Of a stretch of 64,000 bases of DNA, positions 28,767-38,882 are shown in pieces. Below the pieces are notes generated by a model. The model was given only the letters and a program-made list of their open reading frames with translations, made no database searches and had not been told where the DNA came from. Within the stretch, counting starts at the first letter, position 1, and the number at the start of each line of letters is the position of its first letter. The DNA lies in the IMG/VR virus record IMGVR_UViG_3300045595_000041, positions 26,206-90,205 of that record; one strand, 5' to 3'. Position numbers and translations under genes: made by a program. Source of the DNA: a virus. Taxonomy: Duplodnaviria; Caudoviricetes.

Positions 28767-29399
28767 ATGAAGACAGCTATCGTACCAAGGCATCCATTCA
28801 CAGAGGTTTCTAGCAGCAGTATGAAAGCTTGGGTGTCAGAAGCTTCTAAAGAAGATGTTCTTCAAGAAGTTTCAGAATACAATGACAATCTAGAAAAATT
28901 CGAAAAAGCTGTAGTTAAAGCCAATAGAAGCGATGCTTCTGTAAAGACATACTCTGATGCATATGTTCATGCATCTAAGCTTGCAGCATACTTCAATGCT
29001 GCATTAGACAAAATCAAGAATATCGCTATTCAAATTGGAACTTTTGAATCTGACGAATACAGTCTGAAATTCTCAGTTGAAGGTGGCAAAGAAAAAGCTA
29101 GAGAATACGATCTAGATGCTCTTAAGAAAGATCATCCAGATGTATACAGAAAAGTCACATTCAAGAATGGCAAGCCAATGCTTAAAGCAGATCGCAAAAA
29201 GCTTGATGATGAAGCTAGCAGACTGAAGGCAGAGCTTCAAGAAGTCAATAAGAAGATCATTGAAGACAATGCCAACAAGCAAGTCTATGTAAATGAGCAG
29301 CTTTTTGACAATGCTGTAGAATCTGATCCAGATATTGCTAATTACAGAACAATCAAGTACGGATCTAAGCGTTTCCAGGTTCGAGAGCTTAAGGATTAA
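28767..29399 (+). CDS. Hypothetical coiled-coil protein
   Basis: Promoter at 28696, AAAGGA RBS before ATG 28767. Confidence 0.6.
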   Translation: MKTAIVPRHPFTEVSSSSMKAWVSEASKEDVLQEVSEYNDNLEKFEKAVVKANRSDASVKTYSDAYVHASKLAAYFNAALDKIKNIAIQIGTFESDEYSLKFSVEGGKEKAREYDLDALKKDHPDVYRKVTFKNGKPMLKADRKKLDDEASRLKAELQEVNKKIIEDNANKQVYVNEQLFDNAVESDPDIANYRTIKYGSKRFQVRELKD

Positions 29400-29402
29400 G
29401 TC

Positions 29403-29942
29403 TTGCTTCTATCGGATACTTCTATCAAAAGAATCAATGCTATCGAGCCATTCAATGAAGACAATTTGCAAGCAGCGTCATATGATTTGACATTAAGCAA
29501 CGTATTCATTGTTACAGATGCAGAAATACTATGTCCTGGAGATGCAAGTCTTACAAGAAAATGCTGCTCCACAAAATTAGTAGCGCATCAGTACAAGCTT
29601 ATGCCTAATGAATTCATCTTGTCTTCTACTATTGAGAAAGTAAGAATTCCCAATAACATTGGAGCAAGATTCGAAGGCAAATCATCTCTAGGTCGCATTG
29701 GATTAGCTACTCATATAACTGCAGGCTTCATTGATCCAGGTTTTGAAGGCAACATCACGCTTGAGATAAAGAATGAAGCATCGTATCCAATACTTCTCAC
29801 TTGTGGGATGAAGATAGGACAGATATGCTTCTACTATATGGATGAAGCTAGTTCTGAACCGTATGGAAGCACTAGCAAGTCGCACTATCAGAACCAGTTA
29901 TCAGCGACTAGTTCATGGTATGTATCTAGTTTTACAAAGTAG
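29403..29942 (+). CDS. dcd: dCTP deaminase
   Basis: MLLSD..I, LQAASYDLTL, EGKSSLGRIGL, TAGFIDPGFEGNITLE, IGQICF, YQNQ. Confidence 0.93.
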   Translation: MLLSDTSIKRINAIEPFNEDNLQAASYDLTLSNVFIVTDAEILCPGDASLTRKCCSTKLVAHQYKLMPNEFILSSTIEKVRIPNNIGARFEGKSSLGRIGLATHITAGFIDPGFEGNITLEIKNEASYPILLTCGMKIGQICFYYMDEASSEPYGSTSKSHYQNQLSATSSWYVSSFTK

Positions 29943-29978
29943 CATAAGTAATATATAATTATATTAAATAGTTTTATT

Positions 29979-30470
29979 ATGAATATGGAGAATAATATGA
30001 AGGTCTCAGAGGAATTCAGACAAGCTATTGATAAGCCAGAAGGCAATATCAGAGTATATTTTGCTAATTCGTGGTTCAATGAAAATAAAGCAAAAGCTTC
30101 TGATTTAGGTTTCGATGTTCTAAAGAAGTTCGATGTGGAAGTATTCAATCCGCGTTTTGATTCTCCACAAATTGGAAAGAATCCAACAGAAGCTGAACGA
30201 CAAGCTAATTTCGATGCAAATCTTTCTGCTATGCGAAGTTCAGATGTTCTTATCGCTTCTACAGAAGGACTTGATTCTGGCACTATCTGGGAATGCGGCT
30301 ATGGTTCTGCTTTAGGAATTCCAACATTTGGTTTTGCACCATTGCTTCCAGAAGGTGTGCCATTCAATCTAATGCTTGCACAATCTATGAAGCATATCTT
30401 CCTTTCAAGCGAAGCTCTTGCTTCTTATCTTAAAGATGGCAAAGAGCCTGACAGGATTGGTGCTTGCTAA
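29979..30470 (+). CDS. Nucleoside 2-deoxyribosyltransferase / nucleotide N-glycosidase family protein
   Basis: VYFANSWF, FNP, DSGTIWECGYG, NLML motifs. Confidence 0.85.
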   Translation: MNMENNMKVSEEFRQAIDKPEGNIRVYFANSWFNENKAKASDLGFDVLKKFDVEVFNPRFDSPQIGKNPTEAERQANFDANLSAMRSSDVLIASTEGLDSGTIWECGYGSALGIPTFGFAPLLPEGVPFNLMLAQSMKHIFLSSEALASYLKDGKEPDRIGAC

Positions 30471-31009
30471 TGTTGACTGATGAAGACATTGTAGATTCAG
30501 TAATCGATTCTGCGAATGAGATTAGTGGACAAGCTTATGTAGTCAGATACAATGGAAAGCCAACTTTGCATAGGCAGAATCTTTATGAGCATCATGGATC
30601 TGTAGCTCAGTTGCTGCTGTTGCTATTCAAAGTCTATGATGTTCCAGAATTCGAGCAATTGAATGCTTTGAAACGTGCTTTGACGCATGATTTGCCAGAG
30701 ATATGGCTTGCTGACATCCCGTTCAACACTCATGTAGACAATCCGCATTTTTCTGAAGCATATGACAATTCTGAGCAGAAGATACTGAATAGCAAGCTAG
30801 ACAAGTTCGACTATTCAGTCTCAAAGTATAGCAGAGTATGGCATTTAGTGAAAGCAGCAGATTGCTTAGATGTAGTCTTGTTCTGCAAGCAAGAGTTCAA
30901 TCTTGGCAACAAGTCAGATACAGTCATGTCTATGTACAAGCAGGATGTAGAGCTAGCTGCAAAGCATTTAAGAGAATTGGATAGCAATTATGCAAGATTT
31001 GAAAAGTAG
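30464..31009 (+). CDS. HD-domain 5'-deoxynucleotidase (YfbR-like)
   Basis: VRY...QNLYEH, ALTHDLPE..ADIP, VKAADCLD. Confidence 0.85.
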   Translation: MLMLTDEDIVDSVIDSANEISGQAYVVRYNGKPTLHRQNLYEHHGSVAQLLLLLFKVYDVPEFEQLNALKRALTHDLPEIWLADIPFNTHVDNPHFSEAYDNSEQKILNSKLDKFDYSVSKYSRVWHLVKAADCLDVVLFCKQEFNLGNKSDTVMSMYKQDVELAAKHLRELDSNYARFEK

Positions 31010-31451
31010 ACTTAAGTTCAACAAAGAAGTACTAGATGCTAAAGCATCTCAGATTGATGAGATGGTAGAGTCTGTAATCAAAGACGTCAATGACGGAAAG
31101 AGCTTCAAAGACGCATCTAACAAGTATGGCAAGTCACCATACAATGTAAGACGCTTCATAAAAGCGTATCTTTTCAAGCATGATCTGTCTACTAGCGACA
31201 TCTTCGAAGACAATATGAAGAGCATTGGCGGAAAGTATCATAGAGAAGACATGCAAGAGCTCATTGACAAGATCTCAGAAATCGCTGAATTTGTGAAAGA
31301 AGGGCATACTATTGCAGATGCTAGCAAAGCGTTCAATGTGTCAGCAATGACTATCTACAAGTATCTGGCCATTCTGCTGTATGTAGACCCTGTTGCTGGA
31401 GCAGAGTATAGGACTATGACAGACTCTCATAAGTTTGGCATCAGAAAATGA
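30990..31451 (+). CDS. Protein with two HTH-like motifs
   Basis: GKSFKDASNKYGKS..NVRR and GHTIADASKAFNVSAMTIYKYL. Confidence 0.55.
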   Translation: MQDLKSRLKFNKEVLDAKASQIDEMVESVIKDVNDGKSFKDASNKYGKSPYNVRRFIKAYLFKHDLSTSDIFEDNMKSIGGKYHREDMQELIDKISEIAEFVKEGHTIADASKAFNVSAMTIYKYLAILLYVDPVAGAEYRTMTDSHKFGIRK

Positions 31452-31669
31452 GCACAGAGATAGTATTTGAAGACGAAAGCAAGCCATCGCTTCTTTCTTA
31501 TCATTTTGAAGAAGACAGCAATGGGAACGATGTCCTTGTAGTAGCAGATTCTAATGACGAAGTCAATGGCATGCGATTCTCATATCCTGAAGACGTATTA
31601 GCATTCTCTTGTGTACTGAAAGATGCTTATGCTGACTTCAAGAGCAGAAAGGCTACATCAGATGAATAA
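31448..31669 (+). CDS. Small hypothetical protein
   Basis: 73-aa ORF overlapping both neighbours. Confidence 0.55.
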   Translation: MSTEIVFEDESKPSLLSYHFEEDSNGNDVLVVADSNDEVNGMRFSYPEDVLAFSCVLKDAYADFKSRKATSDE

Positions 31670-32051
31670 GTCTTGGGGAGTAGTAGTGTCGTTTGACACT
31701 AAGCTCATGTCTGGATCTGTCAATGTAGCTAGCGGTTATGTTACAGCATTCATGGCTGTCAATACTAGCGTCATCAGAATTCCACAGCCTGGAGAGCTAT
31801 GGAAGCTAGACTACGACAATGGCTCGTATTCATTTGATTCGCCATTTGCGAAAGACATGAGTGAAGATGCCAGAATACTTCAAGCAGGAGACACTCTCAT
31901 ATCTACACCAGAGATTATGAGCATAAAAGCTAAAAGGCTCGATCTGAAAGATAGCAATGGCGATCTGCTTGATGAGATTGATGGAACAGTCTCTACTAGC
32001 AGGATGCCAAAGCAATGGCTGATCGATCTGATAAAAGATGTGATTAAGTAG
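31662..32051 (+). CDS. Hypothetical protein, possibly baseplate spike/OB-fold
   Basis: GVVVSFD...IPQPGELW resembles gpV-type OB domains (weak). Confidence 0.3.
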   Translation: MNKSWGVVVSFDTKLMSGSVNVASGYVTAFMAVNTSVIRIPQPGELWKLDYDNGSYSFDSPFAKDMSEDARILQAGDTLISTPEIMSIKAKRLDLKDSNGDLLDEIDGTVSTSRMPKQWLIDLIKDVIK

Positions 32052-32263
32052 TGCTTGTAGAGATTGGCGACATGAAACTTACTCCGAAATTCCAGTGCTT
32101 TGATTCGTATGGCCCATTCGTTCTGAAAAGAGATGCTATAGAGGCATGCGCCAATCTTACTTCTGATTTAGCTGTGGCGTATGAGCAATTGCAAGCATAC
32201 AAGTTGCAGAATGACATTCTTGTTGCTAGGCTTTCACGTTTAGAAAGAAATATGAATCTATGA
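32051..32263 (+). CDS. Small coiled-coil protein
   Basis: Translationally coupled to the terminase ATPase gene. Confidence 0.5.
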   Translation: MLVEIGDMKLTPKFQCFDSYGPFVLKRDAIEACANLTSDLAVAYEQLQAYKLQNDILVARLSRLERNMNL

Positions 32264-33867
32264 AAAGCAAGATGCTTGATTCTTTACTGAATGCTGTCAC
32301 ACCAGAATCTATAATAGCTAACTCGTTCAAGAGAAGCACTTCTCCATGGAATGACGACCCTATGGAGTTCTTCGAATCAGACAAGTTCTGCAATATGAAG
32401 CTGTATCCTAGACAGAGACTGATGCTTAAGCTATGGAATCTGCAATTAGATGACCTGTCTGATTACGAAAAGAAGACATTAGACTCATGGAGAGCTTCTT
32501 TCTCAAATGATCAGTATACGATAGGCGTCAATGAGGACATATATGAAAGAGTAGCAATTCTGAAGAAGAACGGCTACTTGTGGTTCAATACGATCGTTCC
32601 GATTCTTGGAAGACGAGCATCCAAGACTATGATGTCTGGTGCTCAGCTATGCCTTCAAGATGCTACTTTGATGTGGGATGGCATACCATCTGTCACTGTA
32701 GATGATGCTGGCGAGGGTGAAGACAAAGATGACTCTACATATTCGTTTGTAATGGCTAAGACGCAAGGCCAGGCTAAAGAGACTACGTTCGCAGCTCACT
32801 ATAATGCAGTAATGCATTGCAAATGGCTAAAGCAATACATTGAAAGAGCTACTCCGTTCGAGATAAGATTTCAGACGTTCGATGACAGAATGCAATCTAT
32901 CGATCTAGTAAGTCAGGGAATGCCGCTTGAAAAGCCAATCTCATCATTTGTAGCAAGGCCTGTGTCATCCGATTCCGATTCTATACGTGGTAGAGCTTGC
33001 GTATCTCCAGATTCGTATGTGCTTGACTATCAAAGACATTGGGTTCAGCTTAGCACTATTCATCCTGGAAGCAGAATACTTGCTTTTCATGAGCATGAAC
33101 CGTATTCATTGACAGAAGCTGTAGTTCTGAACATGTGGAAGACGAAGAAGGAATGCGTAAGACTGCATGTCTCTAAGAATGTCAATATGCCATTAGTCTG
33201 CTCCATAGACCATAAGGTTCAGATGAATGACTGGTCTTGGAAAGAAGCAGGAGCTTTGTCTAAAGGTGACATAGTTCGTACAGCTGACAGCACTAAGACT
33301 GTTCTTGAAGTCGAACATGTCGGAGAGCAAGATCTGATAGACATGACTACTTCTTCGCATACGTATCTTGCTAACAACATTCGATCTCACAACTGCGTAT
33401 CGCTTGCTTATGACGAGATCTTCTTTGCTAATGCTGGGCAGTCGTCAAGATCTGGCGACAGAGGCGTCAAAGCAATGCAGCCAGCTTTGCAGCAGTTCGG
33501 CAAATACAAGCTGATGCTTTTCCCATCTTCTCCATGGACTAGAAATGGAGTAGTGTATGACAAGTACTTGCAAGGTAGAGAGCATGTCAAAGAGTACATT
33601 GAGAAATACGGTCTCTCAAGCAAAGAGAAAGATGCTCTAGACAAAGACATTGAGCATACGAAGAAAGCTATCATAACAGATCCCACTATATTCGTAGCTC
33701 AGTTAGAGTCTTGGAATCTTTATGAAGACTTCGACAGTCAAGCATATGTTCCGACATACTATTCTGGCTTCAAAGCGAAGAAGCTTGTCATAGATGACAA
33801 TGGCCATAAGACTGAAATAGTCGCAGATACTAATGCTGTTGAAGGAGACTATGTCTATGTAGAATGA
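32260..33867 (+). CDS. terL: Terminase large subunit, ATPase half, containing a mini-intein
   Basis: LYPRQ, GRRASKT Walker A, A.T..QA, RG..., AYDE Walker B after intein removal, SSP; no nuclease domain. Confidence 0.85.
   Translation: MKSKMLDSLLNAVTPESIIANSFKRSTSPWNDDPMEFFESDKFCNMKLYPRQRLMLKLWNLQLDDLSDYEKKTLDSWRASFSNDQYTIGVNEDIYERVAILKKNGYLWFNTIVPILGRRASKTMMSGAQLCLQDATLMWDGIPSVTVDDAGEGEDKDDSTYSFVMAKTQGQAKETTFAAHYNAVMHCKWLKQYIERATPFEIRFQTFDDRMQSIDLVSQGMPLEKPISSFVARPVSSDSDSIRGRACVSPDSYVLDYQRHWVQLSTIHPGSRILAFHEHEPYSLTEAVVLNMWKTKKECVRLHVSKNVNMPLVCSIDHKVQMNDWSWKEAGALSKGDIVRTADSTKTVLEVEHVGEQDLIDMTTSSHTYLANNIRSHNCVSLAYDEIFFANAGQSSRSGDRGVKAMQPALQQFGKYKLMLFPSSPWTRNGVVYDKYLQGREHVKEYIEKYGLSSKEKDALDKDIEHTKKAIITDPTIFVAQLESWNLYEDFDSQAYVPTYYSGFKAKKLVIDDNGHKTEIVADTNAVEGDYVYVE
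32998..33393 (+). mobile_element. Mini-intein (132 aa, no homing endonuclease)
   Basis: Starts CVSPDSYVL, block B CSIDH, WKEAGALSKGD, block F DLIDMTT, ends SHN followed by +1 Cys. Confidence 0.88.
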
Positions 33868-33934
33868 CATAGATTTTACTTTCTTTCAAAAGTGTTATAT
33901 AATATAATTACAAAATAAAAAACAAGACAAAGGA

Positions 33935-34411
33935 ATGACAATGAAATACAAGAAAGCATTGCTAGCAATTACGAATATGCTTAACTGCGTAGCAGAAACT
34001 GACACTAATCCGAACATTTCGTTTAGAGTGCATTTCAAAGACAAAAAAGATGACAAAGCGCTTAATGACATAAATCAAGCACTAGTCAATCTTGGACTTG
34101 ATACGTATTCATGCGTATTTGTAGACAAGAGCTACTGGAAAGCAGTATGCGCTGATACGTCTAACAATGTGCATATCAATGCAAATCTTGACTTCGATCT
34201 ACCCGAAGAAGAATGGTCTGACGATGTCAAGGAAGACGACAGGAAAGCTAAGAGACTTGCTTCGAAATCGTATCTGTCTAAAGAGCAAGAAGACGCTCTC
34301 GAAATCATTCGAGACATAATCAGCATTGGCATCAGTCCAGATGATGCTGCAAAAGTGCTAGAAGCTTTGTCTAAGAAATACGACATCAAGAAGAAAGAGA
34401 ACAAGATTTGA
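33935..34411 (+). CDS. Hypothetical protein
   Basis: Promoter at 33872, AAGGA RBS. Confidence 0.6.
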   Translation: MTMKYKKALLAITNMLNCVAETDTNPNISFRVHFKDKKDDKALNDINQALVNLGLDTYSCVFVDKSYWKAVCADTSNNVHINANLDFDLPEEEWSDDVKEDDRKAKRLASKSYLSKEQEDALEIIRDIISIGISPDDAAKVLEALSKKYDIKKKENKI

Positions 34412-35287
34412 AGATAAGTTCTGGACGAAAAAGGCTACGAAGCGACATAGCAAAGAGAATCTACTTCGATGCAAGCACATCTTCAGACATCAAAGAAGAC
34501 TTCAGCAAAGTCAAGCCGCTAATTCAAGCATCTGTGCAACATGACTACACTAACATCAGCAATCATTTCAATGGTCAGCCATTCAAGATCAAATTCTGCA
34601 AGACTTGGGTAGAGCATCATTGTCTAGTAGTGATGTTCGCAATTGGATATGTAGATGAAGCTAATGACTCTATATACAGGAAGAAAAGTAGGAAAACGCT
34701 TTGATTACAGATAAACACGAAAGTTTCGAATCAATAGAATACAATAATCTTTATGGATACGTAAAGAAAGATAAAGTTCCTATTAGCATTGATTTTGACA
34801 AAGATGAAATCGTCTATGCATACAGGTACTTTGTTTTCGTATTTGTCGGTACAATCATACGAATAGGCAAGAAAAGAGTTGGCTATTCTACAAGAGAAGA
34901 AGCTATAGACAGTTTCAAGAAATACGCTTCTGTTGAAGGCTTCAAATACTAGAAAGATTTGATATCATGGCGAACGATCAAGAATACTCTATCTTAGACG
35001 CTTTTGAATATGTGAAAAGCAATGAAAACATTACGTCAAAGCCTGCTATCAATGACTTTGTCTATGTTACTCGCAATACGTACATTGATGGCAATGGCTA
35101 TTATGGCAAGATTGCATACTATTCAGATGTTTCACGAGTCATCATGCCTGTTCCAGCATTGCTATATTACAATGACAAGTATGGAGTAGACGGAATGCAA
35201 TACAAGTCTATTCTTGACTTGCTTATGTCTGGATATTCATTCATCAAAATATCTGAAAAGCAATACAATGACAATGCAAAAGTATGA
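34408..35287 (+). other. Three small hypothetical ORFs (34408-34704, 34701-34952, 34967-35287)
   Basis: Tightly packed or overlapping + strand ORFs. Confidence 0.55.
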
Positions 35288-35301
35288 TAGCTTTGCTTCA
35301 A

Positions 35302-35341
35302 TCTTGATTTTACTTTCTTGTCATTGTGTTATATAATATAA
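35302..35341 (+). repeat. 40-bp exact direct repeat containing a promoter (second copy 39110-39149)
   Basis: TCTTGATTTTACTTTCTTGTCATTGTGTTATATAATATAA at both positions. Confidence 0.9.
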
Positions 35342-35376
35342 CTATAAACAAAAACAAATCTATCGAAAGGAATGAA

Positions 35377-36030
35377 ATGAGTAAGCATATCATAACCGAC
35401 TACATGGCAGGCGAGGTCGGAGACAGGTATTACGAGGTGCATGTCAACGATCCAAGCGACGGATCGATATATATCGACGTCGTGGACCATGTGGATGGGT
35501 CGGACAGTGTAAATCGTTACCATCTCGATTGTAGAGAGTTCGATAGGATGTGGTCGGACATACGGCTTTTCGATCATTTCGAACGCGAGGTACCGGATAC
35601 CGAGCCCGCCGATGACGACATGGAACGGATCACCGACATCAAGCAAGTGTGCTCGGGTGATATCGAGGTCACGAAGAGCGGCAACCGGTATGAGGTGATT
35701 GAAACTGATATCACTCCAGACACTCTCAAGCTGCGCGTTGCCATCCCCGAATCCAACGATGAATACACGTGGCTTCATAATTCTGCTTTCGCGTATGCGC
35801 TTCGCCCGAAGCCCAAGGTTCCCACCGAACCGGGATTGTACATGGACAATAAAAAGAACGTGTGGTTGCTGTACGATGATGGCACTCGTCAACTAATACG
35901 TCGTGATGGACGGTATGTGAGCTTTGGTCTCAGAAGAAATGGTCTCAGAAGAAATGGTCTCAGAAGAAATGGTCTCAGCCCTAAGTTCGCACCATACTCT
36001 CGTATCGACTTGGATGACGACCATGAGTGA
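35377..36030 (+). CDS. Hypothetical protein, GC-richer than the rest of the window
   Basis: AAAGGA RBS; PTEPGLY motif; C-terminal (GLRRN)3. Confidence 0.6.
   Translation: MSKHIITDYMAGEVGDRYYEVHVNDPSDGSIYIDVVDHVDGSDSVNRYHLDCREFDRMWSDIRLFDHFEREVPDTEPADDDMERITDIKQVCSGDIEVTKSGNRYEVIETDITPDTLKLRVAIPESNDEYTWLHNSAFAYALRPKPKVPTEPGLYMDNKKNVWLLYDDGTRQLIRRDGRYVSFGLRRNGLRRNGLRRNGLSPKFAPYSRIDLDDDHE
35926..35978 (+). repeat. 15-bp tandem repeat x3.5 (GGTCTCAGAAGAAAT)
   Basis: Exact in-frame units at 35926, 35941, 35956 and a partial unit at 35971. Confidence 0.95.
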
Positions 36031-36178
36031 ACAGGTTGAAAACGTTGTAGCATATATGAAGTTTGAATTTGATTGTCCGTTTTGTGATGGTGTGACTTCT
36101 TTAGACCACGACCCGGCAGGAGAAGATGTAGAATGCTCTGATTGTGGTGAAACAGTGCATATCAGTGAAAGTAGATAG
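36023..36178 (+). CDS. Small Zn-ribbon protein
   Basis: CPFC...CSDCG. Confidence 0.55.
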   Translation: MSEQVENVVAYMKFEFDCPFCDGVTSLDHDPAGEDVECSDCGETVHISESR

Positions 36179-36186
36179 TAACTACA

Positions 36187-36411
36187 ATGAATGATTACAA
36201 AGACCGTATGGCAACTGAATATTTCGAGTTGAAAGAACGTATATCAAAACTGCGGTCGATGCTGCGCGACTGGACGATAGGACAGCTTGATTTCGAGCCT
36301 ACATGTTCGTTCGACCTGCTGAGCGCCCAGTTATGTGTCATGGAGGCGTATGAGTCGATTCTCGCTGAGCGTGCTCGAATCGAGAACATCAACCTAAAGG
36401 AGGAATCATGA
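36187..36411 (+). CDS. Conserved small phage protein (crAss001_48-like)
   Basis: YKDRM..EY.ELKERI.KL...LL..QL..M..Y..IL.ERA pattern. Confidence 0.6.
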   Translation: MNDYKDRMATEYFELKERISKLRSMLRDWTIGQLDFEPTCSFDLLSAQLCVMEAYESILAERARIENINLKEES

Positions 36412-36821
36412 GCGAGCTGATAGCAAAGGATATGCCGGAACCAGAAAACGATGATGTCGTTTTAATTCTATGTGAACGTTATTTTTTGCCCGCTGTACAA
36501 GGCGAGTATGGGTGGGTTGTAAGTGGCGCAACGCCACGCTCGTGGGATAGCCTAGTCGCAAGATACAGTGGGTACCCTGTCGAAACATTATCCGAGCATG
36601 ACAAGCGTATCCGTCGCGAGGCGCTGATTGCGACGGACGAGGAAGTGAAAGCCGTGGCAGACGAGTTAGCGGCATGGAATTTCGATGTCGCGATGAATTC
36701 GTGCATAACGATAAATGGCGCTTCCGCTGATTTTAGTAGTCGCTCTTTCGAGTTGCTTGCCAAGCGTGTGTTGAACGCCGCTTACAAGGCGGCGGCTTCC
36801 AGCCGGGAGCGTGAATCATGA
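36408..36821 (+). CDS. Hypothetical protein, paralog of the next ORF
   Basis: MSELIAKDMPEP...ETLSEHDKRIRRE. Confidence 0.6.
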   Translation: MSELIAKDMPEPENDDVVLILCERYFLPAVQGEYGWVVSGATPRSWDSLVARYSGYPVETLSEHDKRIRREALIATDEEVKAVADELAAWNFDVAMNSCITINGASADFSSRSFELLAKRVLNAAYKAAASSRERES

Positions 36822-37306
36822 GTGAACTGATGACCCAGAACATGCCGGAACCGAAAGAGCCGGGACTCTATCTTATTGCAGGCGAAGCCGTTCTGCCGAC
36901 TGTAGTTGTACGTTGTACAGATGACTTGGATAAGGAATTCCATTGGATGATGGTCGGAAGCACATGGATGTATAACTGGGAGGGCATCCTCTTCGAGTGG
37001 CTTCCATCTGATATTGCGTATACCATAGAGTCCCTGACCGAGCATGACGAGCGTATTCGTGATGAGACTGCACAAGACATTGCAAGTAGATATTCAATTA
37101 CACGTGGACCATTGACACAGGATGAGTTGGACAAGTCACAGAGTCTTCTCGATTCATTTATGAGCGATTTTGTTAAAGCACCAAGACTTGTTGACCATGA
37201 TCGCGATATAGCTAGCAAGGCATGGCGTGAAGGTCATTCTGCTGGTGAATACGACAGGCTGCTAGACAACATTGACATATCTCCAAATCCATACGAAATC
37301 GAATAA
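36818..37306 (+). CDS. Hypothetical protein, paralog of the previous ORF
   Basis: MSELMTQNMPEP...ESLTEHDERIRDE. Confidence 0.6.
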   Translation: MSELMTQNMPEPKEPGLYLIAGEAVLPTVVVRCTDDLDKEFHWMMVGSTWMYNWEGILFEWLPSDIAYTIESLTEHDERIRDETAQDIASRYSITRGPLTQDELDKSQSLLDSFMSDFVKAPRLVDHDRDIASKAWREGHSAGEYDRLLDNIDISPNPYEIE

Positions 37307-37520
37307 TAGTGAATATGCAGTTGACAACCAAAGACATGGCAGAATCTGAAGACGTATCGCTGACATGTATAGAGAAAGGCATTCTATGAATTGGCAAGAT
37401 GTTGTCGTTACGGTGGCTATCCTAGCCGCAATAGTTCTGATTAGCTGGATGAATCGAAAAAAGTAGACATGAAGAATATTCTCATTGCATTGGAGCTGCG
37501 AATGACAAGGAGCAGTAATT

Positions 37521-37751
37521 TTGAGAGACAAGCTCAAATATGCTGAATACAAGCGCGAATACAATCGCAAATATATGCAAAGGAAACGAGAAGAGAAGAG
37601 GCTAGAGGAGCTAGAAGATATTGAATTATCTACAGTCAAGGTAGACATTGACGATCCAGCAACATACAAGCTGATACAGAGAATGAGACAGCCGAAAACT
37701 AAGAGAGGAAATTTGGAGCTTCATAATATGCTAGATGACGTAGGCAGCTGA
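37521..37751 (+). CDS. Small basic hypothetical protein
   Basis: AAGGAG RBS, TTG start. Confidence 0.5.
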   Translation: MRDKLKYAEYKREYNRKYMQRKREEKRLEELEDIELSTVKVDIDDPATYKLIQRMRQPKTKRGNLELHNMLDDVGS

Positions 37752-37824
37752 TCAGATTCCTGATATCGCTAAAGCATACATCAAAATGAGCTGATCACAT
37801 CTACAAAAGAAAGAAGCAAATCTT

Positions 37825-38271
37825 ATGAAAGACAAAGAAAAGCTTGCTTATGCAATATTCATAGCTTTAGAACAAGCAGACATCATAGATTCTGCTCACG
37901 AGTATTCGCCTTCATATCTGTATGACAAAGCTAAGCCTGTCATCATTAAGTGCTTGAATCAACATGATGAAGATTCAAATAGTGCTGACACTATTGACAC
38001 TACTGACAAAGATACAGATTCTGCAAAGCAACTGTTGTCAGATGCTATCGATACTGTCACTGTCGACAGGCAAAAAGACTATGGAGAAGCTGAAGACTCC
38101 TTCAGTGATATTGCTAGACTGTGGTCTGTCATTCTGCATGAAGACGTCTCAAGCAAAGAAGTAGCATTGTGCATGATAGCTTTGAAGATTGCTAGATGCA
38201 ATAATGGCGACTACAAAAGAGATAGCTGGCTTGATATTGCCGGATATGCAGCATTGGGAAGTCAGCTGTAG
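37825..38271 (+). CDS. DUF6378-like protein (putative nucleotide pyrophosphohydrolase-associated domain)
   Basis: DRQKDYG..EDSF..IA.LWS...VALCMIALKIAR...DSWLDIAGYAAL. Confidence 0.75.
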   Translation: MKDKEKLAYAIFIALEQADIIDSAHEYSPSYLYDKAKPVIIKCLNQHDEDSNSADTIDTTDKDTDSAKQLLSDAIDTVTVDRQKDYGEAEDSFSDIARLWSVILHEDVSSKEVALCMIALKIARCNNGDYKRDSWLDIAGYAALGSQL

Positions 38272-38433
38272 CTCCACGAATGTCTCATGATTGCTTGCAT
38301 GAAATAGAGAAGCAAAAGATTAATATTATTATATTGGTTAGTATTGCAATTGGCCAGAATGATCTGCTACTATCGTACTGAAATGAACTTTTTCATAGAG
38401 ATAGCATAATGTAAATGATATTATTGAAAGAAG

Positions 38434-38673
38434 ATGATTAGACCAATGTCTGCTTTGACATCTGCAAAATGTATGAAATGCGGTCATATCGGACCCAAGT
38501 TAGCTATGCTGAAAGTCTTTGAGAATGGCTTTGTCAAAGGCTACAAGCACAAGAACTGCGAAAGCTACAAGGCAGCTCCAGAAGATACGAAAGACGTAAT
38601 AGAAGACAGCTATTCAAGGGCTTCAAGCTTGTTCGTCAAGAACAGAAATATGCGAAAGAGTCAGCAATTCTAA
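38434..38673 (+). CDS. Small Zn-binding hypothetical protein
   Basis: CMKCGH...HKNC. Confidence 0.45.
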   Translation: MIRPMSALTSAKCMKCGHIGPKLAMLKVFENGFVKGYKHKNCESYKAAPEDTKDVIEDSYSRASSLFVKNRNMRKSQQF

Positions 38674-38882
38674 GCAGTCATGAATTAGCAGAAAAGGAGA
38701 CTAAGCTTGCATAAGATGAAAAGCTGGACATTCGAGAATGATGCCAAGACTAAAGTCACTGTCAAAGCAGAAAGACTTCAAGAAGCATACAATAAAGCTT
38801 CTAAGTTCATCTACAATCCTGTTCTGATCAGTGTCAAAGAATTGAATGATTTAAGCAATACAGATAATGAAAGCGATAAGAA

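Noticed and set aside
30464-31009. HD protein as DatZ of a 2-aminoadenine (Z) genome pathway
   Set aside because: No PurZ/PurA-like gene in the window; the surrounding enzymes point to pyrimidines.
35924-36022. N-terminal (MVSEE)n extension of the Zn-ribbon ORF
   Set aside because: Alternative-frame reading of the 15-bp tandem repeat; the likely start is ATG 36023.
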